Assembly (NCBI GenBank): GCA_043228905.1
Contig: JBHGNT010000009.1
Span: forward strand, 1-64,000
Direction: 5' to 3'
DNA: 64,000 nt
Source of the DNA: Azolla caroliniana
Lineage: Eukaryota > Plantae > Polypodiophyta
Each line of letters opens with the position of its first letter. Position 1 is the stretch's first letter. The notes beneath the pieces are model-generated. The model was not told the origin of the DNA and did no database searches. It worked only from the letters and a program-made list of their open reading frames with translations. Below are positions 40,866 to 52,800 of this stretch, in pieces. The position numbers and the translations under genes were made by a program.

Positions 40866-43800
40866 GTCCAGCCAAAATAGGAGCCGTTTGGTTGGACAGC
40901 CCTAGATCTGTGCAGCCCACTAGTGGTTCCATTTCCTCTAAGCAAGTTAGCAATGTGTTCGTAGCCCAAGTAGCCGTTAGTACTAAAAGTACCCCTCCAG
41001 TACATGTCTTAGCACTCCTAGATTCCGGAGCAAACTCTTGCTTTATGGATAAGAATTTTGCCCAAGCTCATCAGATATCTCTTAGAAAACTCTCGTGTCC
41101 AGCCTCCGTAGTAGTCATTGATGGTCGTCCCATTGCTTCCGGAAATATCATAGAAGAATCAGAGCCCGTTAATGTTGTCCTAGATAATCTAGCATGTGTA
41201 ATATCATTTAATATAATTAGTATTCCAGAACATCCCATAGTTTTAGGATTACCATGGTTTGAGTTACATAACCCAGACATAGATTGGAGGACAAGGAAAA
41301 TTCAGTTTCGACAAACCCAAGGATCTACCCAGAAGATTGCAACCATTTCACTACATCAGTTGCGTGAGGAAGGGCACAAGGAGGACATGTTTCTCTTCGC
41401 AATATCAGTACAACCCTCCAGCACCACCAAAGAGGAGTCCATCGTTCAACTTCCCGAGAAGTATCGTCAGTATGCTGATGTGTTCGATAAAATACAAGCC
41501 AACACACTTCCTCATCATCGACCGTACGATTGCCCCATCGATCTACAACCAGGAAAGGAGCCGCCATGGGGGCCAATCTACAATTTGTCACCTACGGAGC
41601 TAGAAGTCCTTCGAGCCTACATAGAGGAGAATTTGGCTAATGGTTTCATTCGGCATTCAAAATCTCCCGCAGGCGCACCTATTTTCTTCGTCAAGAAGAA
41701 GGACGGATCTCTTCGCCTTGTTGTCGACTATCGTGGCTTAAATAAAGTCACCATCAGGAATAGGTATGCACTGCCCCTTATCTCAAGTCTTTTAGAACGG
41801 ATCAATGGTGCCAGGTTCTTCACGAAGATCGACTTACGAGGAGCATATAACCTCGTACGAATTCGACCAGGAGACGAATGGAAGACGGCGTTTCGTACTA
41901 GATACGGGCACTTCGAGTATACAGTCATGCCGTTCGGTCTCACTAATGCGCCGGCAGTCTTCCAGCACATGGCAAACGATATATTCCGAGACCTGTTGGA
42001 TAATTTTTTGATCATCTACTTGGATGATCTATTGGTTTATTCGAAGACCCAGGAAGAGCATGATTCTCATGTACTATCAGTACTAAAACGACTTCGAGAA
42101 CATGATCTGTATGCAAAACTAGAAAAATGTAGTTTCGGGTGCAACCAGGTGGAATTTCTCGGCTATGTCATCTCCTCAGAAGGCATCTCCATGGACCCAG
42201 CTAAAGTCAAAACGGTGGTGGATTGGCAGACTCCGCGTTCGGTGCGGGATGTGCAGTGTTTTCTAGGCTTTGCCAATTTTTACCGGAAGTTCATACAAGA
42301 TTACTCAAGGATCGTTCTGCCTCTCACACAGCTTACCAGAAAGGGGCAAGCGTTCATTTGGTCTGAAGAAACAGACTTGGCTTTCGAGAATCTGAAAAAG
42401 GCGTTTACATCAGCTCCAATTCTGGGTCATGTCGATCCAGAAAAACCATTCATTATCGAAGCTGACGCATCGGATTTCGCATTGGGGAGCATTCTGTCAC
42501 AACATGGTAATGGCGAGAAGCTACATCCTGTGGCTTTTCATTCACGAAAGTTTGACGCCGCCGAAATCAACTACGAGATACATGATAAGGAACTCTTGGC
42601 AATAGTGGATTCATTTATGCAATGGAGGCATTTCCTAGAGGGATCCCCTCACCCAGTCACTGTATTCAGTGACCACAAGAACCTTGCCTACTTTCAGGAT
42701 GCTCGTGTGCTGAATCGACGTCAAGCCCGGTGGGCCCACTTCCTCACACGTTTCGACTTCAAAATTACTTATCGACCGGGGAAGCACCAAGGGAAGGCGG
42801 ATGCATTATCACGACGTTCATATCTAGCACCGCGTCCCGGCGAGCCAGCCTTCGATAACCAAAAGCAAGTCATCTTGGGACCGGCACGACTACAAGCAGC
42901 ACAGATCTTCGACATGCCCATGGATTCTCGCGTTATCGATACCATACGGGAGGACTTGAAGACGGATGCATTCGCCCAAGCCATTCTAAAACAAATCGAT
43001 CCCTCTCAAGCATCTTGTTCGGAATCGCAACAACCAGGTACGGATTATCGGCAATTCCAATACCATGATGGATTACTATTTTTTAAGACACTCTTGTATG
43101 TTCCTAATGGTACTGGTCGCCTTCAAGTAGTCCAAAGCTGTCATGATACATATACTGCTGGGCATTTTGGTAGTACTAAAACATTAGATTTAGTACAACG
43201 CTCATTCTGGTGGCCCCACATGCGACAATTTGTCGAAGATTTTGTTCGGACTTGTGATACATGTTGCAGGGCAAAAATGCCAAGGCATCATCCATATGGT
43301 TTGTTAGAACCATTACCAATTCCGAGTAAGCCGTGGCAATCCATTGCTCTAGATTTCATCACGGACCTCCCGATGTCTAAGGGATTCGATGCGATCTTAA
43401 CAGTCGTAGATCGCTATACGAAGATGGCTCATTTCCTACCATGTACTAAAGAAATATCCAGTGAAGGAACCGCCGAGATTGTTATGCGCGAAGTATGTCG
43501 GCATCACGGCCTCCCTGATAGCATCATCAGCGATCGTGGACCCCAATTCGTTTCGAAGTTTTGGAAGCACTTCTTTAAAATGCTTCAAGTGACTTGTAAC
43601 CTTTCCTCCGGCTACCACCCGCAAACAGACGGCCAGGCAGAACGAACAAATCAAACGTTGGAGCAGTATCTTCGGTGTTTTCTAAGTTACCATCAAGATG
43701 ATTGGGCAGATATTCTCCATTTCGCCGAGTTTGCATATAACAACTCCGTCCACTCCTCAACAAAGGTTACCCCATTTTATGCTTACACAGGTTGTCATCC

Positions 43801-44431
43801 CCGATGGTGTGTAGTTGAAACCCCAGAATTGCCCACGAATCCTTGCGCAGAGGATCGTTTGGAGCGATTACACAAGATACAAGCGGATCTATCTACTCAG
43901 CTCCAGCAAGCTCAACAAGCACACAAGGTTTATGCGGATCGTCATCGACTTCCATCCAGTTTTGACATTGGCGATCGGGTATGGCTGCTTCGACGACACG
44001 TCAAGACTACTCGCCCATGTGAGAAGTTGGACTATCGGCGGTTAGGTCCTTTCCGTATTATCGGGAAGATTAATGATGTTGCTTTTCGGCTCGAACTCCC
44101 TCCGCACCTTCGGATTCATCCGGTGTTCCATAGTTCTCTCCTCGAACCCTATCGCGAAAGCACCATTCCAGGCCGTATTCCACCACCTCCACCCCCGATC
44201 GAGCTTGAAGATGGACCTGAGTACGAGGTTGCCGCCATCCTTGATTCCAAGATTACTCGCAACAAGCTCTACTATCTAGTCGATTGGCTAGGATATAGTC
44301 CCAGCGAGCGTACTTGGGAGCCGATCGAGAATGTGACCAATGCTCGTGCTCTTCTCGAAGACTTCCATCGTCGATATCCACACAAACCGGGTCCTCAATC
44401 CAAAACGACTCGTGACACTCGTCGTTTTTAA
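40838..44431 (+). CDS. Pol of chromovirus (PR-RT-RNaseH-IN-chromodomain), in the -1 frame relative to gag
   Basis: Frame is open from 40838 with no ATG before the protease catalytic motif. ALLDSGA, YLDD, EADASD, HDKELLAI, HHCC-type zinc finger, ISDRGPQF, GPFRI, and chromodomain YEVAAILDSK...YLVDWLGY...TWEP. Confidence 0.93.
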   Translation, partial: SVRRRVKRLSPAKIGAVWLDSPRSVQPTSGSISSKQVSNVFVAQVAVSTKSTPPVHVLALLDSGANSCFMDKNFAQAHQISLRKLSCPASVVVIDGRPIASGNIIEESEPVNVVLDNLACVISFNIISIPEHPIVLGLPWFELHNPDIDWRTRKIQFRQTQGSTQKIATISLHQLREEGHKEDMFLFAISVQPSSTTKEESIVQLPEKYRQYADVFDKIQANTLPHHRPYDCPIDLQPGKEPPWGPIYNLSPTELEVLRAYIEENLANGFIRHSKSPAGAPIFFVKKKDGSLRLVVDYRGLNKVTIRNRYALPLISSLLERINGARFFTKIDLRGAYNLVRIRPGDEWKTAFRTRYGHFEYTVMPFGLTNAPAVFQHMANDIFRDLLDNFLIIYLDDLLVYSKTQEEHDSHVLSVLKRLREHDLYAKLEKCSFGCNQVEFLGYVISSEGISMDPAKVKTVVDWQTPRSVRDVQCFLGFANFYRKFIQDYSRIVLPLTQLTRKGQAFIWSEETDLAFENLKKAFTSAPILGHVDPEKPFIIEADASDFALGSILSQHGNGEKLHPVAFHSRKFDAAEINYEIHDKELLAIVDSFMQWRHFLEGSPHPVTVFSDHKNLAYFQDARVLNRRQARWAHFLTRFDFKITYRPGKHQGKADALSRRSYLAPRPGEPAFDNQKQVILGPARLQAAQIFDMPMDSRVIDTIREDLKTDAFAQAILKQIDPSQASCSESQQPGTDYRQFQYHDGLLFFKTLLYVPNGTGRLQVVQSCHDTYTAGHFGSTKTLDLVQRSFWWPHMRQFVEDFVRTCDTCCRAKMPRHHPYGLLEPLPIPSKPWQSIALDFITDLPMSKGFDAILTVVDRYTKMAHFLPCTKEISSEGTAEIVMREVCRHHGLPDSIISDRGPQFVSKFWKHFFKMLQVTCNLSSGYHPQTDGQAERTNQTLEQYLRCFLSYHQDDWADILHFAEFAYNNSVHSSTKVTPFYAYTGCHPRWCVVETPELPTNPCAEDRLERLHKIQADLSTQLQQAQQAHKVYADRHRLPSSFDIGDRVWLLRRHVKTTRPCEKLDYRRLGPFRIIGKINDVAFRLELPPHLRIHPVFHSSLLEPYRESTIPGRIPPPPPPIELEDGPEYEVAAILDSKITRNKLYYLVDWLGYSPSERTWEPIENVTNARALLEDFHRRYPHKPGPQSKTTRDTRRF
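40853..40904 (+). promoter_or_regulatory. -1 programmed ribosomal frameshift signal
   Basis: Slippery G_TTA_AAC (40853-40859), 6-nt spacer, 11-bp stem GTCCAGCCAAA/TTTGGTTGGAC, and loop TAGG able to pair with CCTA (40901-40904). Confidence 0.75.
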
Positions 44432-44887
44432 GGGGGGGATAGTGTCATGGCAAGACTCGAACCCATGACCTTATGCTACATGGGTCGAGGTCTTACCATT
44501 AGACTATACATTATAAGTTGTAGGATATTATTTTCATTTATGTTTTATTTTAGAAATTGATGTATATTCCAGATTTCTCTGGAACATTCTAGAAGCTTCA
44601 GGATTACTCTTAGAAATACTATAAAAGAGGGCACTAGGCGTTATGTTGAACCAAATTGGTTCAACGCCAGTCTTAAGCCTTCTAGCCACAGTTGTACATT
44701 CTCTTCACGTAATACATATATTTCTCTCTCTCTCTGTCTCTCTGTCTCGCTCACTTCTTCCTTCTCTCTCAAGAAGTTCTACACCCCTCATAGTACTAAT
44801 CCTTCGTTTAGTACTAATCCCTTCTCTGTAGTACTAATCCTTCGTTTAGTACTAATTCCGTCTCCGTCTTACTACTGATTCCTGACA

Positions 44888-45808
44888 ATTTTCAGAAATG
44901 GTCATGCCGGATTCCTTCTTCTTCTCATTGCGCTTAACAAGCTTTCTACATTCTTCAATCGTATGGCCAACCTTTCGACAATATTTGCATCTTTTCTTCT
45001 TTTGCAAATCACCATCATTAGAGGAATAAGTGAAAGAGGGAGGTTGAGGCTTTGGTTTTGAAGAACCAAAAGCTGAACCATGCTTGCCTTTTCCTTTTTG
45101 TGAGATAGCAAGTGCTTGTGTTCCCTCTATCAAACCACTTCTATTCACTCTAGATTGTTCTTCTTGCAAAAGAAGAGACACAACCTCATCAAATGCGTAC
45201 ATATCCGTATTCCCTTTTGCAACCAAACGAATAGTAGTAGCAAAGCTTTGAAAAGATTCGGGTAATCCTTTCAACAACGTAGAGACAAGTGATGTATTCG
45301 AAATGATCTCATCAATGTTTGCCAATTGCTCTTTCAAATCTTTAATGCGTGTCACATACACATCTACCGACTCATTTTCAGCCATATATACATCCTCAAG
45401 TTGCTTTCTCAAATATGCAACACGTGCTTCGTTACGCACGGCATACAACGAAGCAAGAGTGTCCCATGCTTGTTTGGACGTAGAGCATGACCGAATATGT
45501 GGAACTATATGACGCTTCACAGAAAGTGCAATCAATGCATGAGCTTGAGCATCTTTTCCATCCCATCTAAGTTGCTCTTGTGTTGGTGGAGTAGATGAAG
45601 TCACTGTGCTCGAAGATGAACCTGTATCTGTGATAGTAGACTGTGAAGTAGTAGGACCGGCGGGGCGTCGATCTACATCTACCACTATGTTCCATAGTTG
45701 TTTGGCAACAAGAACGTGTTTCATCATGTAGGACCACATTGGATAGTTTGTCCCATCAAGCTTATCTTCAGCTTGAAGCATGCCAAACAAATCACCATTG
45801 TTTGCCAT
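44888..45808 (-). CDS. Copia polyprotein, N-terminal gag part
   Basis: ATG at 45808, KLDGTNYPMWS, LLKGLPESF, CKYCRKVGHTIEEC zinc knuckle. Cut by the gypsy insertion at ...ISEN|. Confidence 0.9.
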
Positions 45809-46677
45809 TTTACCAAAGAACAAGAAAGTGGTAAAATATTACCTCAACAAATCGGAAATGAGTGCTGAAAATGCAGCTCACAAACTATCACTCGGATGAC
45901 GATTTCGACTACACGAACGGCTTCGAAATGGGGGTAAAACAGCAGGGTACCTGCTGAAAATGCGCTCCAAGTGCTGAAATACACTTCTCTATATTCGGAA
46001 GTTGATTTTGCACAATGAAAAGTGCGCGCGCGCCGCGACACCGCGATGCGGACAACCGAAGATGGAGAGGATGAAGAATTTGGCTCTGATACCACTGTTG
46101 GGTATGTGAGGAAGAGTGGGAAACACACAAGAAGCTCAAAGAAAGAAGCACTCACACGAGGAAGGCAATGGCTGGAATAGCTCTCTATTGATGAATGTTT
46201 CTTAAAAAAATTAGGAGCTGAAATATATATCCCTAAGTACTAAGTACCACCACATATGAGTGACTCATGTATGTGGTAACATGGGGAAAAAACCTCTAGC
46301 CAGCACTAGAGTAAAAAGTGCCCATGTATAGGGAAAATGGTTCACATCAAAGCTACTAGAGGAACACGCAAGTGTAACAGGTATCTCCTTCCATTCGTCG
46401 TTGGCTCCGGCCGGCTTGGATGTCTCTGCCAACTCTTCTCTCGGCTCGGGTTCATTCATGTTGATCGGTTGTCAGATGTTCACAGACTCCGATTTGTATT
46501 CTTCGATCGACTTCAGTAGGTTCGTCGACTCCGACTCATAGGTCGGTTGCTCTGAGTCGTCAGATTCCGATTCAAATCTTCCATCTAGCTATCTCTGATT
46601 AGCCGACTGTGTCGGTTCAACTAGTCTTAAGGTGGTAGTCGAGGGCGATTGGGGAGTCAATTCCGACTTCTAGTTCT

Positions 46678-48286
46678 TGTTGTCCGCCAGAATAGTAACC
46701 GACAGACAGAAGTGAAGAAGTATTATAATATAGTAAAAGTGTAAGAAACGTATGTAACGGTTCACACGGGAAGCGTGAATGGCTAAAAGACCCTGTGTAT
46801 ATAAAGGGCAGAAATCCTCTGTAAGAGGTAGCGGGTAATTTTGGTGCATAGAGCATTGTTGTAATAGAGTCCTATCTTCTCTGATTTCTGTGCATATCTG
46901 TGGTTGATCCACTGTGTTCTCTGATTCTCTGTGGCGTATTGTAATCGTAAGGGCGTAGTCGTAAGTGCGGTTACTAGGGCATTGTCTAAGGAGTTCGGTT
47001 GTAGCCGTCTCCCTTATACACTACTAAGATACGGGGAAGTGTCCCGTTACGTATTACGATATGATGGTACCATTCTTTGCAACGCAGTCACCTTGAGGTC
47101 TAGGTCGAAGGACTGACCGTAGACTATGTTTCCTAATCGGTAACACTTTTGGCACACATGGTGGGACATCGACGAATGGATGTTTAGCCGTAGACGTCCC
47201 AGAGAACCAACATGACAAGACCGAACAATCACAAGGTCCATCACACACCAGGCGGAGGAACACGCAAGGCAAAAACCTCGCCTCAGTGACCTCAGTGATA
47301 TCTGTCGGGACCACAAAGTTAATTTCCCACTCACCAAATACTCCGACGATAAGCAAGAAGTTCGCTCACCGCATAAGCACTATGGTCTTTCCCTGCCCTT
47401 TGTAGCGTCAACCATGGCCTTCTCTTATCCCCGCTTCAACGGCGAAACAGACGCCACAACCCACATTCGCCTGTTCCTGAATGTCTAGAATGCAAATCAC
47501 ATGGCGCAGAGACTTCTCGAAGAGGTAGCGCACCAATCCAAAATGACAGAGTTTGGATTAACTCTGGATGGGAGAGCGGCGTTTTGGCATTCGCAGATGG
47601 ATCTGCCAGCAATCACAACCTTCGACCAGTTGCAGTTGGCCTTTCTGCGTTTCTTTCATCGAAGGGTGTCGCAACGCGAAATCCTTGGGCAGTTCTATAC
47701 AATCAAACAGTTGTCGGCCGAGACTGTAGCGGACTTCAGTTTACGCTTCCAAAATTTGCAGCGAAAATTAGAACGGGGCCCGATAGAGGACGAGGCTCGG
47801 GAGACATTTTTGGTAGCTTTATGATGACCGATATGGACGATGCTCAACAACAATAGCGTGAAAGGAGAAACAACCGATATGATCATAGAAAGAGTGCTAC
47901 AGCTCAAGCTGGACGAAGAAGAGGAAAGGTTTTCCATGTCCTCATTATGACAAGCGTTACCTCCAGATGAGGAACGACATTTTCGCCAGGCAATCCAATG
48001 CACGATTTGCCTCAATTCTGGGCATTCCGCAATGGAATGCAACATGCGAATCCACTGCCCAATCTGTCACTCGAAAGAACACATGGTCGAGTAGTGTGAG
48101 TACAATATGTTGAACAGACCCACGCCCACAGTACGAAGTGTGGAAACACAGCACCCACCTCGCCGTAATGAGCAAAGGCGCCATGAAGAACGACCCCGGT
48201 ATATGGATCGAAACCCACACGATGACCGGCACTACCGGAATTGCCGGAATAACAACGATTCTGAGGAAGAAGATCTAGAGGACGAA
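46678..48286 (+). mobile_element. 5' part of a non-chromoviral (Tat/Ogre-like) gypsy: 5' LTR (~46678-47145), tRNA-Arg-like PBS, degenerate gag
   Basis: TATA gtatataaaggg, LTR end ...CGGTAACA, PBS TGGCACACATGGTGGGAC (47150-47167). Gag YPRFNG...LDGRAAFW...IKQ..ETVADF and two CCHC knuckles, with stops. Confidence 0.75.
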
Positions 48287-48449
48287 GACATAGTGGATCA
48301 ACCATAGATATGCACATAAATCAGAGAAGATAGTACTCTATTACAACAACGCTCTATGCACCAAAATTACCTGCTACCTCTTACAAAGGATTTCTGCCCT
48401 TTATATACACATGGTCTTTTAGCCGTTCACGCTTCTCGCGTGAACCGTT
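48287..48449 (-). mobile_element. Inverted fragment of the same Tat-like LTR
   Basis: Reverse complement of ~46757-46918. Confidence 0.85.
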
Positions 48450-49147
48450 TTGCTCCCATACCGGGAAGTCCTCGTGTGCCGACTCCGGCGCTATCTCGTT
48501 CGTTTGTTCCACGAAGCTCCAATATCCATGCCCTAGCAGGTACTGGTGCATCTTGTATGACCAGGACGCATAGTTGCTCCGGTCGAGCTTCTCTGTTGGA
48601 AGTGAACTCGCCATTCCTCTGTCCATATCTTCTCTCTGTCTGTTGTTACCAGTTATTAGGGTTTTTCTTCGAAAGCATCTGTCGGTTGTAGAGGTTCTCA
48701 ACCCTCGCGTTCTAATACCATGTGAATGTTAACGTGTAGAAGAGAGAACCGGCTCAGCCGGATAGCAACAAAGAATAGAGATGAAGGTTTAATGGAGAAA
48801 CTTAATACACAGAGAGTATACACGGGAGAGACAAAGAGAGCAGGACGTAAACGTAGATTCAAAATAACACTTTGTAAACTCTATACATAGAATGTGCTCA
48901 GAGAACACTTTTATACAAGTCCATAAAGGATTGACAGGTACCTCCATTCCTACGTGCGACTGACACTAACTATGAGACAATGATTACCTAATAGTCTAGG
49001 CTACTACTAGGCTTCCGGTTCGTGCTTGAATCCGGCTCTCCGATCTGTCTCCCTGATCTGGCCGGTTGTTTCCGGATACCATCCGGATGTCGATCGGCTC
49101 AGGCTTATTCAGCCGATCCGGATCCGGTTGAGCTTGCTCGCTCAACA
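48450..49147 (-). mobile_element. 5' end of a Copia (5' LTR 48721-49147, degenerate Met PBS, gag start)
   Basis: TGTTGAG...TTCACA LTR, TGGTATTAGAA PBS at 48720-48710, TEKLDRSNYASWSYKMHQYLLGHGYW. Confidence 0.8.
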
Positions 49148-49241
49148 CGCTTCAATTTTATTATTTTAATATTGACACCAAAAAATTACCACATTATGAA
49201 CAACGATTACTCGACTCTATTTTAGAAGATTTTCAAGACGT

Positions 49242-49821
49242 TGTCGTGTTGTCGTGTGCGCGTAGGAAACTAAGGCGGGACCGCGGGGGCCCTGGACCGA
49301 GGAGTGTGCGAAGATAGAAGGAAAAGAGAAAGGAAAATAGAAAGGAAAAGAGAAGAACGGCGGACGCCAAGTACCGGCAAGCACAACACTTGCTGATTCA
49401 GACAGGGACTCGGCAACACGCCAAGATAGACGGAGATTACACTTAGGAAGAATTGATTACAACCAAACAGAGACTACAACGTGGATTGATACAAGAAAAA
49501 CAGAGATAAATTCTCAGTTCTCAGTCCGACATCACTTCCTCCTCCCCAAAAACATGATACCCCCCCTCAATCTCTCTCCCCCCCCCCTTTTTTTATAGGC
49601 TGTTGAGGGTGGGCCATTACATCCTAGTTACATCACCTTTATTCTCTGTCCCTTCGGACAGAGATACCCTTGATTTGCTAACCTATTAATATGTTTATAT
49701 TTACATCACGTCGACTTATTCTTAAATAAGGTACATTAACTTAAATCGGAGAGTGTCCGTGTAAAACCCGTTCACGTGCTAGGACTCCCAATTCCTCCTA
49801 TGGCCGGTTTTCTCCGCGACA
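49242..49821 (-). mobile_element. Solo LTR (580 bp), Phygy-like group
   Basis: TGTCG...CGACA termini, 4-bp TSD ACGT/ACAT. Removing it restores host codons Q-D-V-F-P. Similar to LTRs at 52499 and 63148. Confidence 0.85.
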
Positions 49822-52800
49822 ACATGTTTCCTAACGAATTGCCGCTTATTTTACCACCAAAACGTAATGTGGACCATCAAATTGAATTCATCCCCGGTGT
49901 TGCACCTGCGAGCATTCTACCTTACCGACTTAGTCGATTAGAAGAGGATGAGATCGCTAAACAACTTAAGGAATACTTGAGTATGGGCCACATTAGGTAT
50001 AGTAAATCACCCTGGGGCGTGACAGTTCTATTAGTTAAGAAGGAATGCTCATGGAGAATGTGTATGAATTATCGTCGTTTGAATAAAATGACAATTAAAA
50101 ATGCATATCCGTTATCTCGTGTCGATGATTTGATTGATCGTTTGTATGGGGCCCGATATTTTACGAAAATTGACTTACGAACAGGTTATCATTAGATTTG
50201 CATTGCCAAGGATGATATTCCTAAAACCATTTTTCGTATGCGCTATGGTCATTATGAGTTTTTTGTCAAGCCTTTCGGGTTGAGTAATGCTCTAGCTACA
50301 TTCCAACAAGCGATGAATGACATTTTCCGAGATCAACTCGATGATTTTGTTGTCGTCTTCTTGGATGATATTTTGATATATAGTCGTACCTTGCAAGATA
50401 ATGTTCAACATGTTCAATTTGTCTTGCAAAAGTTGTGTGACAACTCTTTCTATGCGAAACATTCAAAATGTGATTTTGTCCAAAAATCTATTGTGTACCT
50501 AGGTCATTCAATTATAGAAATGGCGTTGAAATTTAACCTTCTCGTATTGAAAAGGTTAAACTTTGGCCCATTCCTCGTAATATTCGTGAACTGCGATTAT
50601 TCTTAGAGTTTGTTGGATTTTTACGAAAGTCAATTCGTAATTATTCCAAATTGACTACGCCATTAACTGACCTTTTAAAAGGTCATCCACGTAAGTCTGT
50701 CAAACCAATTGCATGGAATGAACAACTTGACAAATCATTTGAGACACTCAAAGAGCATGTGTGTTAGGCTCCCACTCTTCTATTACCGAACCCTTCTAAG
50801 CCTTTCTCAATCAAAACCGATGCTACTGATTATGCTATTGGCCCCGTTCTTTATCAAGGCGGTCACCCTATTGCGTTTGAAAGTAAGAAGCTTGATGCTG
50901 CTCAATCTCAATATTCGGTTCAAGAGATAATACATGCACTTAAAACATGGAGGCACTATCTCTATGGAAATAAATTTGTGGTTACAACAAACCATCAATC
51001 ATTGAAGTATTTTTGTGACTAGCCAGATCTTGTTGGTCGCAAAGGCGTTGGGCTAACCTTACGCAAGATTTTGATTTTTCCATAAGGTATCGCAAGGGTT
51101 CTATGAACACCGTTGCAAATGCTCTTAGTTGCATCAAAGAAGTTAACATGTTTAGCTTCACATAAATAAAATCTGATCTTTTAGATCACCTTCGAGGGAA
51201 ATACCTTGATGACAATTATTTCTCAAAATACTGGACGAAAGCCGAATCTGGTTTAGATGCCGTTACTAGCACCCTACCCTTGAAGGCGTCCTTTCACATT
51301 TCAAACGGTTTCCTCTACCGTAGTGGAAAGGTCTGTGTCCCAGATTTACCAAACGTAAAACAAAAAATTCTTCATGAATGTCATGATGCGAGTTCTTTTT
51401 TCTAGCCTAAGATGCACTATGACGGGCATAAATACATAACTCAATGCTTACAATGTCAGATTAATAAGTCGGAACAATTTAAAGCTGCTTGTCTTTTACA
51501 TCCCTTAGATATTCCCAACAACAAATGGGAAAGTATCTCAATTGATTTTATTGTTAGTTTACCTCGTACACAGAGGGGTCATGATGCCATTTGGGTTGTC
51601 GTTGACAGACTAACAAAATTGGCTAGATTTATTCCTACCAAAACCACGGTAACCGCTCACCAATTTGTTGTGAGTTATTTCGTTTTTATGGATTACCAAT
51701 GCACATTGTTAGCGATCGAGATTCCAAGTTTACTAGTGACTTTTGGACTCAAGTATTTAAGAAACTAGAAACTATGTTGAGCATGAGTTCCGCAGATCAT
51801 CCTCAGTCTGATGGACAAACTGAACGAGTTAATCAAATTATTGAGGACATGCTTCGAGCTTATGTAGCAAAAACCCCTTCTAAGTGGGAGCAATACCTTC
51901 CTATCTTAGAATTTGCCTATAATAGCTCTAAACATACATCCACTAGATACGTCCTTTTATGTTGATGCATGGTTTTTATCCACGTGCCCTAGTAAATGTC
52001 ACGATTCATCGTGATGCATTAGACAGTACACACAATTTTTTGCAAGACATGAACCAAAATGTTGCATATTGCCAAAGAAAATGTCAAGACAGCTCAAGAT
52101 CGTGCTCGATTTTATGCTGGTTAGGAGAGACATCCTCTTGCATTTACTATTGGATGCGAGCATACTCTTAAGGCACAATTTCCTCACTTCATATTCCAAG
52201 AGTGCCATCTTTTAAAGTAGGGGAGTATGTTATGTACACATAACGTTGGTGAGGGTATATTTACATTAGTGAAGGGTATGTTCACTAAAGTTAAAAAAGG
52301 GACTAATGTGATTGGATAGAAGGAATGATAGGTGCATGCACTATCATGATTTGGGAAACCAATGAATGGAGACCCTTTTAGAAAGGCACATCTATTCAAG
52401 GGGCCTAGGAAAAGGTATAAATATGAGACTTAGCTACGTTGGAAGGCTACTGTCTTAGACACCAGTGGTGCAGGCTAGGGTTTCGTCTCGACGATCGTTG
52501 TCGAGTTGTTACGCTCTTTGCGTGTGGAAGGAGGCGGGACCGCAGGGGCCTTGAACCAAGGAGCGTGAGAAAGAAGAGAGAGAGAGAGAGAGCAAAGTCT
52601 TAATTACAAAACAGTAACGATTACAACCGGCAAGCCGACAACGGACCCAACTCAGGCGAACACACACACACACCTCACGCACGCACACAACCCGATTGCA
52701 CTGTGGAGCCTCTACCGGAAGCACACGGGTTGTCCACGAAGCAGAGGCATCTCAGTTCGAAATCCAGCGAACGATGGAGGAGGGAGCCCAGTCCCAGTCC

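Larger units (their letters stand above)
39140..44887 (+). mobile_element. Intact Ty3/gypsy chromovirus (Tcn1/Tf1-sushi-like), 5748 bp, 445-bp LTRs
   Basis: LTRs 39140-39584 and 44443-44887 look identical (TGTCA...TGACA). TSD ATTTT (39135-39139 and 44888-44892). PPT aagggggggatag at 44430-44442. Uninterrupted gag and pol with a chromodomain. Confidence 0.97.
35454..46379 (-). mobile_element. Young full-length Ty1/Copia retrotransposon (284-bp LTRs) interrupted by a gypsy insertion
   Basis: LTRs 46096-46379 (5') and 35454-35737 (3') look identical and have TG...CA termini. TSD GGTAT. PBS TGGTATCAGAGCCA (tRNAi-Met) at 46094-46081. PPT aggggggtt adjoins the 3' LTR. Confidence 0.96.
33573..46677 (-). 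mobile_element. Older degenerate Tnt1/Tork-like Copia (RT-RH at 33860-35453, IN-RT linker at 46380-46677, partial 3' LTR from 33845), host of the nested insertions
   Basis: LLYVDDML, FAMKDLG, MSWQSRL, HLAKNVAYHS with frameshifts. PPT aagggggagtt next to TGTTGGGAATATG at 33845. Interrupted at GGTAT. Confidence 0.82.
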
